Below, in pieces: positions 10,367 to 18,376 of a DNA stretch of 64,000 bases. How positions within the stretch are numbered: position 1 is the first letter of the stretch; the number at the start of each line of letters is the position of its first letter. Location of the stretch: contig JBJBDC010000001.1 of NCBI GenBank assembly GCA_047285535.1, forward strand, positions 2,144,136 through 2,208,135, in the 5' to 3' direction. Position numbers and translations under genes: made by a program. The notes under the pieces were generated by a model. It was not told the origin of the DNA. It was given only the letters and a program-made list of their open reading frames with translations, and did no database searches. Source of the DNA: Synechococcus sp. Its GTDB lineage: Bacteria; Cyanobacteriota; Cyanobacteriia; PCC-6307; Cyanobiaceae.

Positions 10367-11839
10367 ATGTTCCAGGAATACCAGCCATCGCATGGATACG
10401 ACGAGTATTTCTGCAGAGAACAGGCAGCTCCGCGTGCGGATTTAGAGCCTCTGCTTACCTCCTTGGGCCAAATCGGACTGGCAGAACTGAAACGCAATCA
10501 TGTCTCTGCCAGCAATCTGTTACGTCGTCTTGGCGCGACATTCCAAATTAAAGGCTCAGGACTCCACGATGGCGAACGGATCCTGCCCTTTGATCCGTTA
10601 CCTCGGTTGATCCATAAGCGTGAATGGAGTCAATTGGAGGCAGGTTTGCTGCAAAGACTTGAAGCGATTGATCTTTTCCTGGCCGATGTTTACGGACCAC
10701 AAAAAATTATCAATGACGGAGTCATTCCTAGAGAAGACGTTGAAAGTTCTCAGGGGTGGAGGCCTGAAATGCAAGATATGGAGTTACCCCTAGGACGATG
10801 GTGTCATATCTCCGGTCTGGACTTGATACGGGATGGTCATGGCAACTGGAGAGTCCTGGAAGACAATTTGCGCTGCCCCTCCGGCGTGGCCTATTTCCTG
10901 GAAAACCGTCGGGTCATGAAAAGACTATTTCCAAGCCTTTTCGAAGGGCGAAACATTCAAGCCATCGACGATTACCCCTCTCATTTGCTGCAAACATTGC
11001 AAGATCTAGGATCCTGGAGTGATGCTCCACGCGTAGCTCTTCTCACACCAGGAATCTTTAACAGCGCCTATTTCGAACACAGCTATCTCGCCCAGCAGAT
11101 GGGCATCACTCTTGTTGAAGGCAGGGATCTGATCTGCGAAAATGAAAGAGTATGGATGCGAAGCACAGCTGGATTGCAACCAGTAGATGTCATTTACCGG
11201 CGCATTGATGATGACTTCCTCGACCCCACTGTGTTCCGCCGAGACTCAGTCCTTGGCGTGCCCGGCATCATGGAGGCGATGAAAAAGGGAAATGTAGCCA
11301 TCGCTAATGCACCAGGTACCGGAGTTGCAGACGACAAGCTGATCTACGCCTACGTACCCGAGATGATTCGTTATTACCTCGCACAGGAACCAATCATCGA
11401 AAATGTGCCGACATATCTCTGCTCCAGAGCAGAAGACCTGTCCTATGTGCTGGATAATCTCAAATCACTCGTGGTGAAATCAGTCGCCGAAGCCGGTGGC
11501 TACGGCATGTTGATCGGTCCGCACGCTGCAGCAAGCGAACTTAAGGCCTTTGCTAAGAAGATCAAGGCTCATCCACGCAATTTCATTGCACAGCCCACAT
11601 TGCAGCTGTCCACCGTTCCATCACTCAGTGAGGGAGAGCTCTATCCATGCCACGTTGATTTGCGTCCTTATGTGCTTAGAGGAAAAAGCAAATGGGTCAG
11701 TCCAGGTGGACTCACCCGTGTCGCCTTACGACGAGGATCTTTAGTCGTGAATTCCTCTCAGGGTGGTGGCTGCAAAGACACCTGGGTGGTCACCGAAAAC
11801 CCAACATCACTAGAACATCAGGGGGCCATGCCGTGTTGA
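10367..11839 (+). CDS. Circularly permuted type 2 ATP-grasp protein (DUF404/DUF407-type amidoligase)
   Basis: LPFDPLPR, VLEDNLRCPSG, FNSAYFEHSYLA, IYRRIDDDFLDP, GTGVADDK, GGLTRVAL, VVNSSQGGGCKDTW. Confidence 0.92.
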   Translation: MFQEYQPSHGYDEYFCREQAAPRADLEPLLTSLGQIGLAELKRNHVSASNLLRRLGATFQIKGSGLHDGERILPFDPLPRLIHKREWSQLEAGLLQRLEAIDLFLADVYGPQKIINDGVIPREDVESSQGWRPEMQDMELPLGRWCHISGLDLIRDGHGNWRVLEDNLRCPSGVAYFLENRRVMKRLFPSLFEGRNIQAIDDYPSHLLQTLQDLGSWSDAPRVALLTPGIFNSAYFEHSYLAQQMGITLVEGRDLICENERVWMRSTAGLQPVDVIYRRIDDDFLDPTVFRRDSVLGVPGIMEAMKKGNVAIANAPGTGVADDKLIYAYVPEMIRYYLAQEPIIENVPTYLCSRAEDLSYVLDNLKSLVVKSVAEAGGYGMLIGPHAAASELKAFAKKIKAHPRNFIAQPTLQLSTVPSLSEGELYPCHVDLRPYVLRGKSKWVSPGGLTRVALRRGSLVVNSSQGGGCKDTWVVTENPTSLEHQGAMPC

Positions 11840-12831
11840 GCCGAGTCGCTGACTCTCTCTACTGGATCAACCGCTTCGTGGAACGCGCAGAAAACATCTC
11901 ACGTTTTTTAGAGGTGAGCGAAGCAATGTCTCTAGACAATCCAAGTAACAGCGCGGAACCCTGGTTGCCGTTGATCGATGCGAATGGCGATCGCCAACGC
12001 TTCGATCAAAGCTATCCACTTCGCTCTCCACAAGATGTGATGGGGTTTCTCCTACTAGACCACGACAACCCGAACAGCATTGTCAACTGCATCGCAAATG
12101 CCCGCGAAAATGCAAGGCAAATCCGCGATGTAATCTCGACAGAGATGTGGGAACACATCAACGATCTTTATTGGAGTATTCAGGAAGGAGAGGCCCTCTG
12201 GCACGAGCCGGACCAGGAGCAGCTGCGCAACATTCGCCGAGGTTGCCAACTTTTCTATGGCATCACTGATGTCACACTCAGCCGCGATCAAGCATGGCTG
12301 TTTAGCCGACTAGGCAGACTGATCGAGAGGGCCGACAAAACCTCACGCATCCTCGATGTGAAATATTTCCTTCTATTACCTGAAGCCAGCGCGGTGGGTG
12401 GCGTGCTGGATGAACTGCAATGGATTGCCCTTCTGCGCATCGCTGGGGCTTATCAGATGTACCGCCGAAGCGTCCAACAAGCGATCACTCCCACGGCCGT
12501 GGCCCGTTTTCTTTTACTTGATCCGATTTTTCCCAGATCTGTACGATTTTGCCTGCAACAGATCAACGAAACCCTCGAGCAAATTCAACAACACCCCATT
12601 CCAGGATCACCTGACGACCTTGAATGTCTACGTGGTCAGCTCGTGGCCAAGTGGAGTTATGTCCGCATCGAATCTTTGATCGACCGCGGATTACATGAAG
12701 CGATTGATCAACTACAAAGCGATCTCAATCAGCTTCATGAGCTAATTCACAAGAGCTTTTTCATCACTAAGGACCTCAGGTCAAAAAACATCTCAACCCT
12801 CACGACTGATCCATCATGCTCGCTGAGTTGA
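11833..12831 (+). CDS. Alpha-E domain protein (DUF403)
   Basis: LSRVADSLYWINRFVERAEN and second ER motif GRLIERADKTSRILDVKY; FPRSVRF; GTG start overlaps the ATP-grasp stop. Confidence 0.92.
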   Translation: MLSRVADSLYWINRFVERAENISRFLEVSEAMSLDNPSNSAEPWLPLIDANGDRQRFDQSYPLRSPQDVMGFLLLDHDNPNSIVNCIANARENARQIRDVISTEMWEHINDLYWSIQEGEALWHEPDQEQLRNIRRGCQLFYGITDVTLSRDQAWLFSRLGRLIERADKTSRILDVKYFLLLPEASAVGGVLDELQWIALLRIAGAYQMYRRSVQQAITPTAVARFLLLDPIFPRSVRFCLQQINETLEQIQQHPIPGSPDDLECLRGQLVAKWSYVRIESLIDRGLHEAIDQLQSDLNQLHELIHKSFFITKDLRSKNISTLTTDPSCSLS

Positions 12832-13727
12832 CGCACACTCTTACTTATCAATACGACTCACCTATCAGCCTGGGCGATCACCGGTTATGCCTCAAACCAA
12901 GAGGTCACGGTCATCAGCGACTCCTGAAACACCAACTCGTTGTGACGCCACAACCAATCCATCAGCACGCATTAGTGGCAGCCAGTGGCGATGAGATTCA
13001 ACGAATGCGCTTTCAAGGAACAACTGACCACTTGTGTATTGAGGCCCGGAGCCAGGTGGAAACTCAAACAGCCGCGCCGCTTGAAGAATGCTTGACCACA
13101 GTGGCGCCTCCCCTACCGTTCCCTCGCGGATATCTCAATAAGGATCTGTACGGGGCATTAGAAGGTTGGTTGCCTAATGGTCAACACGATCCATCAGCCG
13201 TTGCCCTAACCCAAGACGCACTCATGGGGGGAAACCAGCATGCCTTGCCATTTTTGCTTCAACTGATGGCAACCATTCAAGACCGAGTGAAATACACCGA
13301 GCGTCACTTAGGTCCCGCCTGGCCAGCTGGCCGAACGCTGAGGGAAAGAGTCGGGTCGTGCCGAGATCTTGCAATGCTGATGGTGGAGTGTTGTCGCAGC
13401 GCCGGGCTACCGGCACGATTCACCAGTGGATACCAACTCACTTACCCACCACCTGCTGAGTATGACCTTCATGCCTGGGCTGAAATTTATCTTCCTGGAG
13501 CCGGCTGGCGAGGCTTTGACCCCAGCACTGGACAAGAAACCAGTGAGAATTACATCGTTCTAGCCAGCTCCTCAAAACCAGAGCTCACTGCCGCTGTGTC
13601 AGGCAATTTCAACGGACCACCCAACACAATCAGCAAACTCAACTGGACAATCAAGGCAAAAGTAGAGGGACTCAAGCCCGAAGATGCAGAAAGACAGACA
13701 ACACAGCCTTCACTGGATGCGCACTGA
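12816..13727 (+). CDS. Transglutaminase-like protein with bacterial N-terminal domain
   Basis: Cys-His-Asp triad context GSCRDLA / HAWAEIY / GWRGFDPS; overlaps the alpha-E 3' end by 16 nt. Confidence 0.92.
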   Translation: MLAELTHTLTYQYDSPISLGDHRLCLKPRGHGHQRLLKHQLVVTPQPIHQHALVAASGDEIQRMRFQGTTDHLCIEARSQVETQTAAPLEECLTTVAPPLPFPRGYLNKDLYGALEGWLPNGQHDPSAVALTQDALMGGNQHALPFLLQLMATIQDRVKYTERHLGPAWPAGRTLRERVGSCRDLAMLMVECCRSAGLPARFTSGYQLTYPPPAEYDLHAWAEIYLPGAGWRGFDPSTGQETSENYIVLASSSKPELTAAVSGNFNGPPNTISKLNWTIKAKVEGLKPEDAERQTTQPSLDAH

Positions 13728-14283
13728 CATCTGTACAACTCCGAATCAACCATGGCAACAAAAATCTACCTTCTCAAAAAGCTGCCTATGAAGCACCACT
13801 ATCTAATGATATTAAAACTTTAGGCCTCAATCGTATCGAGCTGAAAAAACAAAGTTACGCCAAGCGCTGCAGAGGACGCTCTAAGCAATGAGCAGGCATA
13901 CAAAATCTTGCTTACACACATTCGCAAGGGACAAAGAACACTTCAACTCTTGACTCAACAAGCGACAATACGAGCATATATATTCGACGGATCAAGAGCA
14001 CATGGAAACAAGATAATAAATTCAAAGAAGCATAAATGATGCAGAGAATGACTACTGATATGTCACTCTATAACCAAGAGAGCGATCCTATCCAGACCAA
14101 TAAAATCATAGTGTAACAACTAAAAATCCTTACCCAAGGAGAGAGCATTCTCAACCGTTTTCCAGAAAAGGAATTCGCAACAGCCAACCAAGCGAAGGAG
14201 TCGTTATGTCAGATTTCACGACTCAACTGTGCTGCAATTTAATCTGGCAATCAACGATATCTCTAAAACTCATCTCCCCAAGC

Positions 14284-14775
14284 TCACATCAATTCGAGAA
14301 CAGGCTCAAGACCATGCAAACGTGGATGAACTGCCGATTTTGAGGTCACTTGATAAAGCTTGGGAATTTCAGAGCTGTTGTACACACGGAACTCTCTCTC
14401 GACACAGACATTTGGACTTCGCTTCGCTTGATTAATAACAACAGAGCCATCAGAATCAGACACAGACCGATGAAATGTCCCTCGAGGAATATTCAGAATG
14501 TCGCCCCCACTCGTCAAACGTACAATATGATAAGGATGGTCCCAAGTAAAATTGACTAAATAAAAAGTTCTTCCCCCATGAACCGCGAGAAGATTATCAT
14601 CCTGATTAGGATGTAGGTAAAATTGCCATGCTCCACTCTCTCTATCATTCGGTGGACTCACAGCAGGCCCTGAGTGAATCACAAGATCGCGAGCATTGGA
14701 AGCGGGAATGGTGACATCAAAGAAACGAACGGAGGGTGTATCTCGAAAGCGTGTGTACGGAATGAGCTCGAACAT
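14284..14775 (-). CDS. Cupin-fold (RmlC-like) conserved protein, function unknown
   Basis: ATG-initiated 163-aa ORF; QFYLHPNQDDNL and GDILNIPRGTFHRS resemble cupin motifs 1 and 2. Confidence 0.75.
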   Translation of the reverse strand: MFELIPYTRFRDTPSVRFFDVTIPASNARDLVIHSGPAVSPPNDRESGAWQFYLHPNQDDNLLAVHGGRTFYLVNFTWDHPYHIVRLTSGGDILNIPRGTFHRSVSDSDGSVVINQAKRSPNVCVEREFRVYNSSEIPKLYQVTSKSAVHPRLHGLEPVLELM

Positions 14776-14833
14776 CTTGACCAGAATCCAGTCATCAGCA
14801 ACTGATATTTAATTCTGAAATCTCTCACAATCC

Positions 14834-14847
14834 GTAGCAAATGCCAC
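14834..14847 (-). promoter_or_regulatory. Candidate NtcA site upstream of the cupin gene
   Basis: GTAGCAAATGCCAC = GTA-N8-CAC (one mismatch) in the moaA-cupin gap; no clean TAN3T at canonical spacing. Confidence 0.45.
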
Positions 14848-15894
14848 TCATCCACCAAGATAGGCCATTTCGGCATGCTGATGAGCTAATTGCTTTGTTC
14901 CGCGCTCCTCGCTGAAACGATCCGAACGGTCACGCCACAACTGAATCAGCACTTTTTCAAGCACGGAGTCGGAGACATTCTGATTCAGCCAATGGCGAAG
15001 ATCGATACCTTCACTTGCAAACAAACAGGTAAAGGCCTGGCCATCGGCTGTGATTCTCAACCGATTGCAATCCGAGCAGAATGGCTCAGTAATGGATGCA
15101 ATAGTGCCAATGTTTCCCCCTCCATCTTGATAGATCCATTGCCGACTCGTTCCACCAGCGGGGCGATCACAAGGTTGAAGCGGCCAGTGGAGGTTAAGGA
15201 GCTGAATCATCTCATTGACGGGCATGACTTGATCGCGACTCCAGCCGTTACGATTGCCCACATCCATGTATTCAATCAAACGCAACTCAATCCGTTGCTG
15301 ACGGGCCAGATGCGCCAAAGGAATCAGTTGATCGTCATTTCTTCCACGCTGGATCACGGCATTCAGCTTCAGGCCACCTTTAGCAGGGTCAAACCCAGCG
15401 GCTCGAGCAGCATCAATACCTGACAACACGCGCTGAAATAAATCAATCCCAGCTCCTTCACGAAGACCTGCCATCCGCGCAATGCTGTCGGCATCTACAG
15501 CATCCAAGCTGATCGTGATGCGATCAACTCCAGACGCTCTCAACCTTCGAGCTTTCTCATCATCAAGCAGAGAGCCATTGGTGGTGATTGCAAGATCTTT
15601 GAGCTTGGAAAAGGAACTTTCAAGGTTCTTCCTGCCGGAGGAGAGCGCGTCTAGAAGTGGCCAAAGCCGATCGGACAGTAGAGGCTCACCGCCGGTTAAT
15701 CGAAGAGTATGTGCTCCTAATCGGCAGGCAGCATGGATCAACCGCAGCTGATCTCGAGTCGATAACAAACCCCGCGGCTCGATACTTTCCGGACAGCAAT
15801 AAGGACAGGCCAAGTTGCATCGTGCTGTAAGAGAAAGTCTCAAAACCCCAAGAGACCTGCCAAGACGATCGCTAACCGGTGGTGGCTCCATCAT
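14848..15894 (-). CDS. moaA: GTP 3',8-cyclase (molybdopterin biosynthesis)
   Basis: Radical SAM CNLACPYC, LTGGEPL, FCSDCNRLRITADG..C, C-terminal MAYLGG; ATGA overlap with mobA. Confidence 0.96.
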   Translation of the reverse strand: MMEPPPVSDRLGRSLGVLRLSLTARCNLACPYCCPESIEPRGLLSTRDQLRLIHAACRLGAHTLRLTGGEPLLSDRLWPLLDALSSGRKNLESSFSKLKDLAITTNGSLLDDEKARRLRASGVDRITISLDAVDADSIARMAGLREGAGIDLFQRVLSGIDAARAAGFDPAKGGLKLNAVIQRGRNDDQLIPLAHLARQQRIELRLIEYMDVGNRNGWSRDQVMPVNEMIQLLNLHWPLQPCDRPAGGTSRQWIYQDGGGNIGTIASITEPFCSDCNRLRITADGQAFTCLFASEGIDLRHWLNQNVSDSVLEKVLIQLWRDRSDRFSEERGTKQLAHQHAEMAYLGG

Positions 15895-16514
15895 TCCCCA
15901 AGCTCGACGAGATCGGCAGGCCAATTGGCATTGCGTAAACATCCCTCGGGAAATTCAAGCGTCCGGTATGGCACTTTTTCAAGCCAATCATGCATGCTCC
16001 TGTGATCGGCAGCCAACTGCACTAACAGGGTGTCACGATAGAAAGGATCATTGGGATAGATAGCAAACAAAGGCTGAAGCCTTATCCCATCATGTGAAAC
16101 CAACGCCAAGGAAGGTTGCTCCTGCCACGCGCCAATCAACATTAAAAGAGTTTCAGACTCCAACCAGGGCATATCGACAGGCAACACCATCAAACCCATG
16201 GCCTTCACCTGACCAAGAACCGCCACCATTGCAGCAAGAGGACCCATACCAGGTCGAGGATCGAAACGGCAATCAACGCCTTCCAAGGTTTTCGCCAGCC
16301 GGTGATGCATTGGGTTCGCACTAACGACATCAACAGGAAGCCCTATCTGAATACATAAATTAATACTATGTGTTAACCAACATCCTCCTTGAGGATGGGA
16401 AAGGAATGCTTTATCACGCCCCATTCGACGACTAGAACCTCCACAAAGCAAACAGGCACGAAGCCCGTGAACTGCGGACAAATCATTATTTGATTCAACA
16501 ATATTTGAAGTCAT
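15891..16514 (-). CDS. mobA: Molybdenum cofactor guanylyltransferase
   Basis: LLCGGSSRRMGRDKA, GPLA, LPVDMP, LQPLFAIY, NAN motifs. Confidence 0.92.
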   Translation of the reverse strand: MTSNIVESNNDLSAVHGLRACLLCGGSSRRMGRDKAFLSHPQGGCWLTHSINLCIQIGLPVDVVSANPMHHRLAKTLEGVDCRFDPRPGMGPLAAMVAVLGQVKAMGLMVLPVDMPWLESETLLMLIGAWQEQPSLALVSHDGIRLQPLFAIYPNDPFYRDTLLVQLAADHRSMHDWLEKVPYRTLEFPEGCLRNANWPADLVELGE

Positions 16515-16530
16515 AGCTCACCGCATAACT

Positions 16531-16544
16531 GTAGCCAATGCAAC
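16531..16544. promoter_or_regulatory. Candidate NtcA site 1 in the mobA/nrtP divergent region
   Basis: GTAGCCAATGCAAC = GTA-N8-AAC. Confidence 0.5.
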
Positions 16545-16605
16545 CATAAAACGAGAATTCTAGACGAAGTATTTTTAATGGCGAAGCTGACCTTGTGGCA
16601 ATTCG

Positions 16606-16619
16606 GTATCAGAAGCAAC
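16606..16619 (+). promoter_or_regulatory. Candidate NtcA site 2 upstream of nrtP
   Basis: GTATCAGAAGCAAC = GTA-N8-AAC. Confidence 0.55.
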
Positions 16620-16734
16620 AGGGGAGGCATTCATCAGATGCTGTACTTAGTTGTGGTTTGCATTTGCGCCGCAGCTTGAATCCTGAGCGCATATTTTGAG
16701 AAGCCGGGGTTTACTCACACACATTATTAACCCC

Positions 16735-18294
16735 ATGCTTGGAGAACTCTGGTCTTTCAAGGGGAGATATCGAACGCTTCATCTCACCTGGTTCGCTTTT
16801 TTTCTAACCTTTGTTGTTTGGTTCAACCTGGCTCCGCTGGCTACCACGGTCAAGGCCGATTTGGGCTTGACTGTTGGACAGATACGCACAGTGGCCATTT
16901 GCAATGTGGCACTCACGATTCCAGCACGTGTGCTGATCGGAATGCTCCTCGATAAATTTGGGCCCCGATTGACCTATTCCACACTGCTGGTGTTTTCGGT
17001 CATTCCTTGCCTGCTTTTTGCCTCTGCTCAAGACTTCAATCAATTGGTTGTTGCACGCCTGCTGCTATCCATCGTTGGTGCAGGATTTGTGATTGGGATC
17101 CGGATGGTGGCCGAGTGGTTCCCACCTAAAGAGATCGGTCTTGCTGAAGGGATCTATGGGGGTTGGGGAAATTTTGGATCAGCATTTTCTGCTTTAACTC
17201 TTGTCGGATTAGCTGGTTGGCTCTCCTTTTCAGGCGGCTTCGAACTCCCCTCCGGCGCCGTGATCAATTGGCGTGGTGCCATCGCCCTGACAGGAATTAT
17301 CTCTGCTATCTACGGCATCTTCTATTACTTCAATGTAACTGATACACCGCCAGGAAAGGTTTATCAAAGGCCTACTCGCACAGCGGGCCTGGAAGTCACA
17401 TCGATGCGGGATTTTTGGGGATTACTGGGCATGAACGTGCCGTTTGCCGCCATTCTCTGTGTGCTCTGCTGGCGACTGCAAAAAGTTGGTTTCCTCAATG
17501 CTGGCACCTATCCAGTCGCCCTCGGTGCAGTATTGATCTGGTTCCTTTTTCAAACTTGGGGAATTATTCGCACTAATCGAGAGCTGATCATGGGTACGAA
17601 GTCATACCCTAAAGAAGATCGCTACGAGTTCAAACAAGTTGCCATTCTTGAACTCACCTACATAGTGAATTTTGGATCAGAATTGGCGGTCGTATCGATG
17701 TTGCCGACCTTTTTCGAAACAACGTTTGATCTTCCAAAAGCCACCGCTGGAATCCTGGCATCTTGCTTCGCTTTCGTAAATTTAATAGCACGTCCTGCAG
17801 GCGGATTAATTTCCGACAAGCTCGGTAGCCGTAAAAACACCATGGGGTTTTTAACAGCAGGCTTGGGAATTGGCTATCTAGTCATGAGCATGATCAAGCC
17901 GGGCACTTTCACAGGGACTACAGGCATTGTGATCGCTGTTTTGATCACCATGCTTGCCTCCTTTTTCGTTCAGTCAGGAGAAGGTGCAACTTTCGCCCTG
18001 GTTCCATTAGTGAAGCGGCGCGTCACAGGCCAAGTCGCAGGCTTAGTGGGTGCTTACGGCAACGTTGGAGCGGTAACATACCTCACCATCTTTAGCCTTC
18101 TCCCTATGTGGATGGGTGGAGGGAAGGATCCTTCAGCAGAGGTAATCGCAGCTTCTAATAGCGCTTTCTTCCAAGTACTTGGAATTGCGGGCCTCATTGT
18201 TGCTTTTTTCTGTTTCTTTTTCCTCAAAGAACCCCAAGGATCCTTCGCTGAACTCCACGAAGGAGAAACCACAATCCCTTCACTCGTCAATTAA
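16735..18294 (+). CDS. nrtP: Nitrate/nitrite MFS permease (NrtP/NapA, NarK family)
   Basis: LHLTWFAFFLTFVVWF, nitrate-signature region WFPPKEIGLAEGIYGGWGNFG, ARPAGGLISD; upstream of narB. Confidence 0.95.
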   Translation: MLGELWSFKGRYRTLHLTWFAFFLTFVVWFNLAPLATTVKADLGLTVGQIRTVAICNVALTIPARVLIGMLLDKFGPRLTYSTLLVFSVIPCLLFASAQDFNQLVVARLLLSIVGAGFVIGIRMVAEWFPPKEIGLAEGIYGGWGNFGSAFSALTLVGLAGWLSFSGGFELPSGAVINWRGAIALTGIISAIYGIFYYFNVTDTPPGKVYQRPTRTAGLEVTSMRDFWGLLGMNVPFAAILCVLCWRLQKVGFLNAGTYPVALGAVLIWFLFQTWGIIRTNRELIMGTKSYPKEDRYEFKQVAILELTYIVNFGSELAVVSMLPTFFETTFDLPKATAGILASCFAFVNLIARPAGGLISDKLGSRKNTMGFLTAGLGIGYLVMSMIKPGTFTGTTGIVIAVLITMLASFFVQSGEGATFALVPLVKRRVTGQVAGLVGAYGNVGAVTYLTIFSLLPMWMGGGKDPSAEVIAASNSAFFQVLGIAGLIVAFFCFFFLKEPQGSFAELHEGETTIPSLVN

Positions 18295-18319
18295 CGATTC
18301 AAGGAACCTTCTTTTAAGA

Positions 18320-18356
18320 ACATCACACCCGAAGCTGTTGGCGTTGGGTGTGATGT
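18320..18356 (+). other. Stem-loop in the nrtP-narB intergenic region
   Basis: ACATCACACCC (18320-18330) / GGGTGTGATGT (18346-18356) perfect 11-bp inverted repeat, no U-tail. Confidence 0.6.
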
Positions 18357-18376
18357 ATCACGACTACAACAATGTC

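Noticed and set aside
18355..18367. GTATCACGACTAC as an NtcA site before narB
   Set aside because: Spacer is 7 nt rather than 8, and the site overlaps the stem-loop.
18179..18376. N-terminal extensions in the ORF track (narB; also alpha-E 11692, ureF 5340, moaA 15942, sigma 35823, nirA 26763)
   Set aside because: They overlap upstream genes or precede the recognisable family N-terminus; downstream starts were chosen.
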